A stretch of DNA of 64,000 nt from an uncultured Bacteroidota bacterium. Its GTDB lineage: Bacteria > Bacteroidota > Bacteroidia > Bacteroidales > 4484-276. The translations under genes and the position numbers were made by a program. Shown here piece by piece: positions 10,078-19,200 of the stretch (the first letter of the stretch is position 1; every line of letters begins with the position of its first letter). Location: NCBI GenBank assembly GCA_937950125.1, contig CALFEP010000082.1, forward strand, positions 39,446 through 103,445, written 5' to 3'. The notes beneath the pieces are model-generated. The model made no database searches. It worked only from the letters and a program-made list of their open reading frames with translations, and was not told where the DNA came from.

Positions 10078-10373
10078 GGTTTTTTTCAACTGGTTAAAAA
10101 TGCCGCGAATTCAGGAATGACATTTTTTGTGTATCTTGTAGGAATTGAAATTTGATTAACGCGGACATTTAATCCTAATAACTTCCTGCGCCATAGTAAA
10201 CCACCTGCAAATTTTTATCTAAAACATGAAACCAACACAGCGCAGTTCACCTGAGAAGATTCGGGGACATCTGGCCGGCAAATTCATTCATGCCGTGAAG
10301 GTAGCAAATGCTTAAATTTCTCACCCCAGCCATATTAAAAAGAATGATTTACTGAAAAGAATAATTCATGGTA

Positions 10374-11774
10374 TTAATGCCAAACAAACATCACTACCGG
10401 CGGGATAAGCAGCAAACATGCGATGATGAAAAAAGCGATGGACAGTGGCCACATAAATTTCAGCCATTTATCATAAGGTATTTTACCGATTGCCAAAATC
10501 CCCATGGTTACACCGCTTGTAGGATAAATGTTGGTAAACAGGCCGTCGCCCAGCTGGTAAGCCAGCACGGCTGTCTGTCGGGTAATACCGATTAGATCGC
10601 TGAGAGGAGCCATCAGGGGCATAGTAAGGGCTGCCTGCCCTGAGCCTGATGGAACAAAGAAATTCATGATAATTTGAAAGACAAACATTAGCTGAACAGA
10701 AATTACCTTAGGCACATTGCCAGCAATACCGGCAATACCGTGTAAGATGGTGTCGATAATATTGCCTTCGGTGGCAATGATCAGCATCCCGCGTGTGAGA
10801 CCAACAACCAGGGCGGCGGTCATCATGTCGCGGGCACCTTCGATAAAGGCTCCTACTGAAGTGTTGGAAGGTAATCCTGAAAATATGGCAACAACCAGTC
10901 CCATTGCAATGAAAAGTCCGGCAATTTCGTTGATGTACCAGTCCCAGACATTTACACCAACAATCAACATAACGATGGTTCCCAGAAACAAAAGCAGGAT
11001 GATTTTGCGTTTTAAACTGAAGGTCATATCTTCTTCGCTTTGCATCGTCGATAAATCCCGGGTTTTGTCAAGTTCAAATACGATGCTGCGTGACGGATTC
11101 TTCTCAATTCTGCGTGCATACCACATCACATAAGTAATGGCTATGGCGGTAACCGTAAGCCATACCACAATCCTGTATTCCCAACCGCTAAAAATGGGGA
11201 TTTCAGAAATTCCCTGTGCAATGCCAATGGTGAAAGGATTGCTGAAAGCACCGGCAAATCCTGCCGCTGCGCCAATAAACGGCATGGCTATACCTGTAAG
11301 TGAATCGTAACCCATTGCCATGGCCAGCGGAATGGTGATGAGAATAAAAACCATCACTTCTTCACACATCCCAAAAGTAGCGCCTGCAAGTGAAAACAAA
11401 AACATAATTATCGGGATGATAAACTTCTTGAATTCTGGATTTTTACGCGTTAACTCAATAATACTTCCCAGCCCGGCATTGATAGCGCCTGTCCGGTTCA
11501 GAATACCAAAAGCCCCTCCGATGAGTAAAATGAATGCTATGATCTGAGCCGCTGAAATCATCCCTTTGATGGGCGCCATCAAAAATGCCATCAATCCCTG
11601 GGGGTTGCTATCCACAAATTGGAAAGTACCGGGTTTAACGACCATCCGTCCATTAAACTCCTGCCTTTCAAACTGGCCGGCAGGAACAATCCAGGTAAGA
11701 ATAAGAAAAATTACAAGAATACTCCCCACGATAACCAGGGTATGAGGCATCTTCATCTTTTTGGTTAAAGCCAT
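10374..11774 (-). CDS. yfcC: YfcC-family polytopic carrier (C4-dicarboxylate anaerobic carrier-like)
   Basis: 466 aa and highly hydrophobic. The N-terminus 'KMPHTLVIVGSILVIFLILTWIVPAGQFERQE' and the overall pattern resemble YfcC-type transporters, from memory. Confidence 0.75.
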   Translation of the reverse strand: MALTKKMKMPHTLVIVGSILVIFLILTWIVPAGQFERQEFNGRMVVKPGTFQFVDSNPQGLMAFLMAPIKGMISAAQIIAFILLIGGAFGILNRTGAINAGLGSIIELTRKNPEFKKFIIPIIMFLFSLAGATFGMCEEVMVFILITIPLAMAMGYDSLTGIAMPFIGAAAGFAGAFSNPFTIGIAQGISEIPIFSGWEYRIVVWLTVTAIAITYVMWYARRIEKNPSRSIVFELDKTRDLSTMQSEEDMTFSLKRKIILLLFLGTIVMLIVGVNVWDWYINEIAGLFIAMGLVVAIFSGLPSNTSVGAFIEGARDMMTAALVVGLTRGMLIIATEGNIIDTILHGIAGIAGNVPKVISVQLMFVFQIIMNFFVPSGSGQAALTMPLMAPLSDLIGITRQTAVLAYQLGDGLFTNIYPTSGVTMGILAIGKIPYDKWLKFMWPLSIAFFIIACLLLIPPVVMFVWH

Positions 11775-11830
11775 GTTAATTTGTTATTAATATGAATGTT
11801 GGATTTAGGCCTGCATTGGCAAGCGGTGGG

Positions 11831-11838
11831 CAAAAGTA
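11831..11838 (-). promoter_or_regulatory. Candidate -7 box (TACTTTTG) upstream of the YfcC-like gene
   Basis: The reverse complement is TACTTTTG. It lies 56 nt upstream of the ATG at 11774, just after the stop of the last glycan-locus gene. Confidence 0.3.
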
Positions 11839-11847
11839 AAAAAATAG

Positions 11848-12894
11848 TCAAATGATGAATTTATTGATTTTATTCACAATTAGTACCGGTTTTTCAAAAT
11901 TATAATCAGTGTCAGCCATTTGAAGTCCCGTGGCAACAAGCCCTACAGCAAATACCCGTTCGATGGCATGCGCCATTGTGCCATCGTTTTGACCTTGTTC
12001 CTGTTCAAAATCAGCCTCCGACAAGTGAAGACCAAGCACCGGCAAGAGCGCTTCCTTCCTGGCATAAAACATGGAGCCTGCTACAAAATTGAGGTCTGCG
12101 AGTTGCTGATTTGTAACACCCATTTTGTTGGCCATCGTATGAACACGAAGCCCATTTGCCGCGTAATACAAATACATTGGCATAATATTGCCCGAAGGAC
12201 CAATTATGCCGACCGAAGAATTCGACCTGAAGATTTCCATCATACGGTCAACACAACCACTGCCAGTCAGTTTCGCAAAAAGGTCGTTTCGCCAGTGATC
12301 ACGGCGGTTAAGATGATTCGATCGTTTAGTGTGTAATTTTAAAACAATGGTGTACCCGTCGGCAAAAACTACGGGCAATATTTTTAAAAATGGAAGGATG
12401 TCACGACCATGATTTTTTACAGGAAAATATTTTACTGGTAATGGCTTCCCTGCAATTTCAGCCTTAATCTGGCTAAGCACTTGCTCAGGACCAGTGAGAT
12501 AAAGCGAAAGTTTTGTTTTTTCAACCTTCAGTAGTGTCTGGTAAATCTCAAAAAAGATGTCAGCATAAAATGCATGAACTATCACGGCAAGCCTGTTTAT
12601 TACAACCTTTTTGCTTCCGGTTTCGTTTACAGTTTTTATCCTGTAGGAATATTTATCAAATAACCTTCTTTTCCAAAAAGCAAATTGGTAAATTTTCAAT
12701 CGTGTGTTACGGTAAACAGTTGCATTTCTCCAGTTTTGATAAATCTCCCAATGATTGAAAAGCTTTGGAAAATAAGAAAATAAAAAATTTTTAAGGGTTT
12801 CCTTAAAAGGCCTTTGGAAAGGAAAATATTTCCAGATTATGCTGAAATCGTGTTGTTTGAAGCTTTTGTCCCGTTTATTTTTTCTGTCAGTCAT
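11848..12894 (-). CDS. Rhamnan-synthesis protein F (RgpF)-family glycosyltransferase
   Basis: 'LAVIVHAFYADIFFEI', 'GRDILPFLKILP', 'VLKLHTKRS' and 'WRNDLFAKLTG' follow the RgpF pattern, and the same blocks recur in the 1265-aa protein. The track start (13029) is a TTG preceding an implausible N-terminus, so the ATG at 12894 is preferred. Confidence 0.7.
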   Translation of the reverse strand: MTDRKNKRDKSFKQHDFSIIWKYFPFQRPFKETLKNFLFSYFPKLFNHWEIYQNWRNATVYRNTRLKIYQFAFWKRRLFDKYSYRIKTVNETGSKKVVINRLAVIVHAFYADIFFEIYQTLLKVEKTKLSLYLTGPEQVLSQIKAEIAGKPLPVKYFPVKNHGRDILPFLKILPVVFADGYTIVLKLHTKRSNHLNRRDHWRNDLFAKLTGSGCVDRMMEIFRSNSSVGIIGPSGNIMPMYLYYAANGLRVHTMANKMGVTNQQLADLNFVAGSMFYARKEALLPVLGLHLSEADFEQEQGQNDGTMAHAIERVFAVGLVATGLQMADTDYNFEKPVLIVNKINKFII

Positions 12895-13439
12895 AAACCA
12901 CCTATTGGCCAATAACGGCAATACATTACAAAGGTTGGTACAAAAAACGAAATCAGTATGGTAAAAATTGAAATGCCAGAATTTAAATTTCCAAATATTG
13001 TAATTGCCTGATTGTAAACCAATAACCAAAACAATGATTTGGGTAACTGATTAAAATATCCGGCGCCAGGATTGATCCTGATGATGAGAACGGTTTTCAG
13101 GTTGGCAAAAGAAAAGCTTTTTCCTGTTTCACGAAACCCACTGTCGAACGGTACAAGCAGGGATTCGCTACCCTTCTCAAACTAATCGCCAATGTGATTG
13201 TCGTTAAAGCGTTCGAAAAAATTATTTTTGGGATTGTGCTATGCTTTAAAAGAAGGCGATGATTTATCAGGTACCTGATCAGGAGGCGTCAAACCCTGCA
13301 ATGATCATCCCCACAAAAATGGCAGCTATCAGCAAAAAGTTGTGGGCTAAATGTGGAGCCATTTTGTCGTCGGTCGGTTGAACCATTCGCAGAAAAAATG
13401 GGCATTTTGACTTATCGCCTGAATAATAAAAGCATGGTC

Positions 13440-14603
13440 TCAGCGGATAAGATTGCGTACTTTCCTGAAAGGAATTATTGGTATTTTATCCCTTAAATTC
13501 ATCATTGGCAATTCCCAATATTTAAATAAAAGCACTGATCCCAGAATGGTTGTAGCCCAATATAAAAAGTACACAATCAACGACTTAATTTCATCTCCCG
13601 GAATGGTTAAGTGGTCCTTTATCAGTGGGATAAGAAGCAGCAAAATGAGCGAATGATGGATCAGGTACATCGAATAGGAAACCCTGCTTGTATTCGTCAG
13701 AATCCGATAGACCCATCCTTTCCCGATCTTAATTGAATAAAAGAAAGGCAAGAGGAACATGACCGCTGATGAAAACACTGAAAACGAGAAAACAGTTATG
13801 TAAAAGAATATTCCCGGAGTTACAGTTCTGATCAGCATAAAAGACAATTTGTAACCAATACTGAGAATTAATCCGGCAATCAGAAAATGAATCCGGTATC
13901 TGATAAATATTTCTGAATAATAATGACACAACCAGGCTGCTACAATACCATACATCAGGCTATCGAGCCTTGTAACGACCTGCTTTCGTATGCTATCATC
14001 CAATTGTGTAAAATTTGTAACAATCTCACGGGCGTCACGGTAGAATCTTACACCGGTCGAAAATAAAATGATTATAACAGCCACGATTAAAAACGAATTT
14101 TTTACACCGAATCCCAATCTGTTAATGACGAAAAGCAAGATGGGTGTGGTAAGATAAAACCATTCCTCCACCGACAAACTCCAGGCTTCCATAAAATAAT
14201 AGGGATGGTCCCATGCAAAATTCTGAAAGAAAAAAAAGAATTCCGTTTCACGTTCATAATCAACTCCCAAAACAAAATGAAAGATGCCCAGCAGCATGAA
14301 AAGAATGAGAAAATAATTTGGCAGCGTTCTGAACCATCTTCTCATCCAAAACTGCGCAAGGGTTTTTGTCGTAGCACCTTGCTGTTCAAAGTTTCTGATT
14401 AGTATCTGCCCAATCAAAAATCCACTCAACACAAAAAAAATAGTGACCCCATCCAAAATAAGGTGCGACATCCACGACACATCAAAATGTTGCTCCAATA
14501 GTCGTTTTCCATGCCCAAAAACCACAACAAGAATTGCAACAGCCCGAAGAATATCCAATCCATAAACCCTTTTACCTGCATCCGGCAATTTAAGAATCTG
14601 CAT
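13440..14603 (-). CDS. Acyltransferase family 3 (OafA/YrhL-like) membrane O-acyltransferase
   Basis: 387 aa with about 10 TM helices. N-terminal 'VYGLDILRAVAILVVVFGHG' is typical of acyltransferase-3 enzymes. Confidence 0.85.
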   Translation of the reverse strand: MQILKLPDAGKRVYGLDILRAVAILVVVFGHGKRLLEQHFDVSWMSHLILDGVTIFFVLSGFLIGQILIRNFEQQGATTKTLAQFWMRRWFRTLPNYFLILFMLLGIFHFVLGVDYERETEFFFFFQNFAWDHPYYFMEAWSLSVEEWFYLTTPILLFVINRLGFGVKNSFLIVAVIIILFSTGVRFYRDAREIVTNFTQLDDSIRKQVVTRLDSLMYGIVAAWLCHYYSEIFIRYRIHFLIAGLILSIGYKLSFMLIRTVTPGIFFYITVFSFSVFSSAVMFLLPFFYSIKIGKGWVYRILTNTSRVSYSMYLIHHSLILLLLIPLIKDHLTIPGDEIKSLIVYFLYWATTILGSVLLFKYWELPMMNLRDKIPIIPFRKVRNLIR

Positions 14604-14624
14604 AAACCATTCTATATTAATCGA

Positions 14625-16580
14625 TTATAACACTTTTTCACATCTTGGCGGCCAGGCCAGGCTGAAATCTTCTTTTTCGAGTGTAAGATTGGGCGAGTAA
14701 GCAGGATCAAGGGTAAGATGATTTCCCCATTTTTCAATCATAAAAAACACCTCTTTCTGAAACCGTTCCAACCTGTCACCAACCAGGTCATCGCCCCTCG
14801 ATACGCTTTCATGATGGTAAAGCTCGGCATAAGGTGTCCAGACTATTCTATGTCCATTTTTTCTGACTTTCAGGCAAAAATCAACGTCGTTAAAAGCTAT
14901 TGAAAGATTTACTTCATCAAAACCGGCCGCTTCGATAAAAACACATTTCCTAACCACCATGCAGGCAGCGGTAACCGCAGATAATTCATGTATCAGGCTT
15001 ACCCTTCCGAAATACCCTCTTTCGGCGCGGCGAAGATATTTATGTGAATGACCAGCTACGCCGCCAATTCCAAGAATAACACCCCCATGTTGAAGAGTTT
15101 CGTCAGGGTAATACAGCTTTGCGCCCACAATTCCGACCCCTTCCTGATTACATTGGCTCATCATCTCTGTCAGCCAGTCGGGTGTAATCACCTCTGTATC
15201 ATCGTTCAAAAAGCAAAGAAATTCACCTCGTGCAACCCTGGCAGCGCGGTTGTTGATTGCAGAAAAATTAAACGGTGCGGGGTCATCAATGACCTGGAAA
15301 TTCTTTATTTCTCTGATCTCATTCAAATAATCCAAGGTTTCCGGCTCATCAGAATTATTGTTGATTACGAGAATTTCAAAATTGGGATAAGTAGTTTTGC
15401 TCTGTATGCTGTGAATGCATTTTTTCAGTAACCTGTGGTTGTTTCGCGATGGTACGATTATGCTGACCATTGGAATACTGGAAGGAAGCCTGTATTTTAC
15501 GCGAAAGTAAAACGATGGCAGGGTGATGAGTTCTGCATCTTTGTTTGTCCTTTGCAGGTGTTCAAATATTGCCCTGTATCCCGCATCGAGGCTGTAAGGT
15601 TTGACATCAGGGATTTTTGAAGTACTCAGCTTATGAATCCTCCAATGGTACAATACTTTTGGAATGTGAATGATTTGATGGCTTTTTACCCGTTCGATAA
15701 AACGTAAAGCCAGATCATAATCCTGCGAGCCCTCAAAACCTTGACGGAAACCGCCTATTGCCCTGACTATATCGGTGCGGTAAACCCCCAGGTGGCTAAT
15801 CATATTCTGAGATAAAAAGAGGCTGTAATTCCAGTCGCATTTAAAATACGGATCGGTAAAATTGCCCTTGTTGTCCAATTTATCTTCATCAGAATAAATA
15901 AGGGCTGCTTCTGGATGTTGGTTTATAGCACTAACTATACGAAAAAGTGCATCCCTCGTAAGCAGGTCGTCATGATCCAAAAAAGCCAGAAAAACACCAG
16001 AAGCCAATGAAATTGCACTGTTTGATGATTGAGAAATATGGCCATTCTCAGTTCTGAACACCACTTTTATCCTCGAATCCAATGCCTGGATTTTTTTTAA
16101 GTATGAAATGGTTTCAACCTGTGTTGAAGCATCATCGGCTATGCATAACTCCCAAAACGGATAAACCTGATTGCGTAACGATTCGACAGCTTCACTCAGC
16201 CATTGTGGATTGCTGTTATATGTGGGCATGATTACACTAACAAGCGGCTTGTATTTGAAAGATTTCTGTAATTCCTTCATCCTCACAAGATCTTGCTCCG
16301 ATAATTTTCCAAAAAAATCCAACCACTTCTGGTACGTTTCCTTATCATCTCCTAATTCAGAAGAAAATGTGTTTGGCCTTAGCCGATATAGGGCTTTGCG
16401 TAACGCCTTTTTTATTCCCCTCGGCAGCAACACCCTGATTATCCGTACAATGACGCCGGCAAATGAGTTATTCTTCAGCATAATATTTTCAAATTGTGAG
16501 TTGTTCTTTACAATATTCTTATCCCAAATTCCTGCCTTTAAATCATACAAATTTTCAGCTGAAAATTTTGCTACCCTCAA
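14625..16580 (-). CDS. Tandem GT2 (two GT-A domains) glycosyltransferase
   Basis: Two GT2 signatures: 'VSVIMPTYNSNPQWLSEAVESLRNQVYPFWELCIADDAS...FLDHDD' and 'VSIIVPSRNNHRLLKKCIHSIQSKTTYPNFEILVINNNS...FLNDDTE'. The track start is a TTG; an ATG at 16481 is an alternative. Confidence 0.85.
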   Translation of the reverse strand: MRVAKFSAENLYDLKAGIWDKNIVKNNSQFENIMLKNNSFAGVIVRIIRVLLPRGIKKALRKALYRLRPNTFSSELGDDKETYQKWLDFFGKLSEQDLVRMKELQKSFKYKPLVSVIMPTYNSNPQWLSEAVESLRNQVYPFWELCIADDASTQVETISYLKKIQALDSRIKVVFRTENGHISQSSNSAISLASGVFLAFLDHDDLLTRDALFRIVSAINQHPEAALIYSDEDKLDNKGNFTDPYFKCDWNYSLFLSQNMISHLGVYRTDIVRAIGGFRQGFEGSQDYDLALRFIERVKSHQIIHIPKVLYHWRIHKLSTSKIPDVKPYSLDAGYRAIFEHLQRTNKDAELITLPSFYFRVKYRLPSSIPMVSIIVPSRNNHRLLKKCIHSIQSKTTYPNFEILVINNNSDEPETLDYLNEIREIKNFQVIDDPAPFNFSAINNRAARVARGEFLCFLNDDTEVITPDWLTEMMSQCNQEGVGIVGAKLYYPDETLQHGGVILGIGGVAGHSHKYLRRAERGYFGRVSLIHELSAVTAACMVVRKCVFIEAAGFDEVNLSIAFNDVDFCLKVRKNGHRIVWTPYAELYHHESVSRGDDLVGDRLERFQKEVFFMIEKWGNHLTLDPAYSPNLTLEKEDFSLAWPPRCEKVL

Positions 16581-16586
16581 TGGATT

Positions 16587-17978
16587 TTATTTGCTGCTTT
16601 CCTTAAAAAATGAAAGCTTATTCCTTTCAAGGTAGTCGAGCTTGTTTACAATGGCATTACTATCGGGGTAAATTTTAAAATTTGCCAATTTATCGCACCC
16701 CCCAATACAATGATTTTCAAGGTAGCAATTAACCCAGTTTCGTTTGCCTTCGCTGTACCAGTTGATTCCATTCGAAAAAAATACATTAGCCTCCTTGATA
16801 ATGAGCAGAAAAAGAACCCCGTAAAGGATGGTAATATGTAGCCATTTTCTTGTTTTGACGAGTTTACCAAAAAGCAAAATCATGAAATACATGGCCAGTA
16901 TTCCCGGAATTGCATAGGACACATACCTGGATGAAAACGCTGCCTCGAGTCCAAGACACAAGCGACCTACCGAAGTAAAGACAATAAAAAGCAAGGTAAA
17001 AGAACCAAGATAAAAAATTACAAGGGATTTAACCTCCTGATTTTTAATGATCAGAAAAGAAGAAAATGCTATTGATGCCAATAGGATTAAGAACAAACCG
17101 ACAGCGTACAGCTTAAATAATTGGAGTAAAAATGGAAAATTCAATGGAATAAAAGCGCCCCAGGCTGAACCAAACTGAAAAACAGAGAACCAAACATATT
17201 CAAGAGGATGTTCAAGAGGAAACTGAAAACAATCAGTTGCTGGAGCGTGTTGATAATGAAAGAAAAATGAACCGAAGGAGGCCATTGAAAGGATCAAAGC
17301 TCCAATGTTGAACCATTTGTTTTTGACGGTTTTGCTCCTCCACGAAAAAATGAAGAGTATAATAATTACAGGTATTGCAGCGAAAAGCGCAAAACCAGTG
17401 TAGGTAGATAAAAAAACCAGTACAACCAGGCTCATGGCTCTTAAAGCCTGATTATTAAGTGTGAGCACCCAGGCACTTAAAGTAATCAGGAACAATGGAA
17501 CAGGACCATGCGCAAGGTTGGAAGTACCAATAAATGCTTCGAATTGTAACAATGTAAAGAATGCCAGCGGAATAGCTATATCGCTCCAGTGAAGCAAGCC
17601 GAATAGTTTTCGTTTTATCAGCATAGCCAGGACACACGAAACTGCCACAAAACCAGCAGCAATAAACGCTTCAACCCTGACATTCCAATCCGTAAGCGGA
17701 TAAACAACCGCCTGAATTAACCCACCCAACCCTTGTCGGGGAGGACCATGCTGCCAGCTAAATAATTGCCAAAGCGTAGTTTGACCCTTAAATAATTGGG
17801 TTAAAAAATCCCACTGATCCCAAAAAATGACGTTTACAGCGTAACGATCAACAAACCAAATCAACCTGAAAAACAATGCAAGAAAAACAACTGTCAGTGT
17901 CAACAAATGCAATGATTGATTGGCTTCCCGTAATTGGAACATTTCAAAATTTTTCGTTTTTCTTGTCAACTTTATCAA
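16587..17978 (-). CDS. Polytopic membrane protein, paralog A of an unassigned family (possible GT-C-like enzyme)
   Basis: Shares 'Y(A/S)VN..F.D.WDF', 'Q.GP.R', 'GRL.LG.E...SSRY' and a C-terminal 'LDYL..(N/H).L' tail with 42718..44094, and more weakly with 27218..28507. The track start is a TTG; an ATG at 17942 is an alternative. Confidence 0.8.
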   Translation of the reverse strand: MIKLTRKTKNFEMFQLREANQSLHLLTLTVVFLALFFRLIWFVDRYAVNVIFWDQWDFLTQLFKGQTTLWQLFSWQHGPPRQGLGGLIQAVVYPLTDWNVRVEAFIAAGFVAVSCVLAMLIKRKLFGLLHWSDIAIPLAFFTLLQFEAFIGTSNLAHGPVPLFLITLSAWVLTLNNQALRAMSLVVLVFLSTYTGFALFAAIPVIIILFIFSWRSKTVKNKWFNIGALILSMASFGSFFFHYQHAPATDCFQFPLEHPLEYVWFSVFQFGSAWGAFIPLNFPFLLQLFKLYAVGLFLILLASIAFSSFLIIKNQEVKSLVIFYLGSFTLLFIVFTSVGRLCLGLEAAFSSRYVSYAIPGILAMYFMILLFGKLVKTRKWLHITILYGVLFLLIIKEANVFFSNGINWYSEGKRNWVNCYLENHCIGGCDKLANFKIYPDSNAIVNKLDYLERNKLSFFKESSK

Positions 17979-18012
17979 TTATTATTGCTAAACAATAGCA
18001 AAACAGCAGATA

Positions 18013-19200
18013 CTATTGGGGTCTTGTCTTTTGTTCCAACTTTAAAGTTTCATAGTTATCGTTGATCAACCTTTCCAACACCTCAAATATTACAATATCT
18101 GGTTTCTCAATCCTGATAAGGTTTGTATCAGGATTAGGCTGCCTGATAATTACCGTTTCACCAAAACTTTCTTTAACCAGTATTGCAAGATGCACAAAAT
18201 ATGAATCTGCGAATACCAATATTTTCTTTGATTCGGCGGCATTTTGAAATCTGGTCTCCCAATTGTTAAAAAATTCAGGCGGGCTGGTATCGGGAATTTT
18301 CAACTGCTTATCAATGAGTTGGGCATGTTCATTTGCCGGTAATACCAGAAATTCATAACTATTTGATTCCCGGTTTAACAGCTTTGCCAAATCCATGTTT
18401 TTAAGAATGTAAAAGCGATTTTCGATCTCATAAGGATTTAACTTTTTTACCCGCCAAAAATTAGTATTTATGGTATCCATCAACTGATTGTAAACCAACC
18501 ATGCTCCAATACTGTTCCAATGGGTATCTTCTTTGCGGTAAAGTTGCATTTGATTTCCTGATGCCAGCGATTTTCGCACATCAATTGTTTTTATCCCCTT
18601 TTCCGCTGCTTTTTTTAGGATCAACTCAAGTGTAGTTGGCTGACTTGATTTTTTCAGAGGAACAAACTCATGGTAAAAAGATGTTTTTTCCTGAATGGGC
18701 AAAAAAATAAAAAAACAACCATTTTCCTTGCACCAACCATCCAAATTACTGAGGATTTGTGCAAAATCCTCGATTTCTTCATTCTTCATTCGTTCATATC
18801 CAAGTTGTTCGGACAACCCCCGGTTGAAGTCATCACCTGCAAACAACCAACCATTGCTGCCTGTAATCACCTTATCAGGAAATGGATCGACGCAAAAAAT
18901 ATTTGTCTTAACCGCTTGAAACAATTGCAGAAACTTTGTTTTCATTGGGAAATGACTGCTAAACCATGGAGCAAAATTGTTGACAAAATAAACCGCATCC
19001 AGGTAAGTACCTTTTATTTTACCTTTCAGACCTCTGCCATTGTGAATATGAAAATGATACTCTGGAGGAAGATCAAGTACCTGTTTTGTTTTCAAGGTTT
19101 CAGGAATTGCATCCTTTAAAACCTGCAAGGTAATAGGCAGAAAAATAACCCCAGCAAACAGCATTGTAAACGCCCAGCTATGTAGGTTATTGATTTTCAT
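18013..19200 (-). CDS. AlgX/AlgJ-like (SGNH-type) polysaccharide O-acetylation protein
   Basis: N-terminal signal anchor. 'EDTHWNSIGAW' matches the D-x-H-W catalytic block of AlgJ/AlgX. The stop of the upstream MBOAT gene shares one base with its ATG (TAATG at 19200). Confidence 0.65.
   Translation of the reverse strand: MKINNLHSWAFTMLFAGVIFLPITLQVLKDAIPETLKTKQVLDLPPEYHFHIHNGRGLKGKIKGTYLDAVYFVNNFAPWFSSHFPMKTKFLQLFQAVKTNIFCVDPFPDKVITGSNGWLFAGDDFNRGLSEQLGYERMKNEEIEDFAQILSNLDGWCKENGCFFIFLPIQEKTSFYHEFVPLKKSSQPTTLELILKKAAEKGIKTIDVRKSLASGNQMQLYRKEDTHWNSIGAWLVYNQLMDTINTNFWRVKKLNPYEIENRFYILKNMDLAKLLNRESNSYEFLVLPANEHAQLIDKQLKIPDTSPPEFFNNWETRFQNAAESKKILVFADSYFVHLAILVKESFGETVIIRQPNPDTNLIRIEKPDIVIFEVLERLINDNYETLKLEQKTRPQ

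Noticed and set aside
10227-10316. 29-codon plus-strand ORF (MKPTQRSSPEKIRGHLAGKFIHAVKVANA) in the ffh-yfcC spacer.
   Set aside because: It is too short, has no hydrophobic or conserved character, and is on the opposite strand to the neighbouring genes. Nothing distinguishes it from chance.
14230-14237. A8/T8 homopolymer tracts inside coding regions (also 21774..21781, 25677..25684, 28523..28530 and a run in wzt near 42329..42336) as possible slipped-strand phase-variation switches.
   Set aside because: Runs of 8 are short for efficient slippage and are expected by chance in sequence this AT-rich. All the genes concerned are in frame, and there is no enrichment near the 5' ends.
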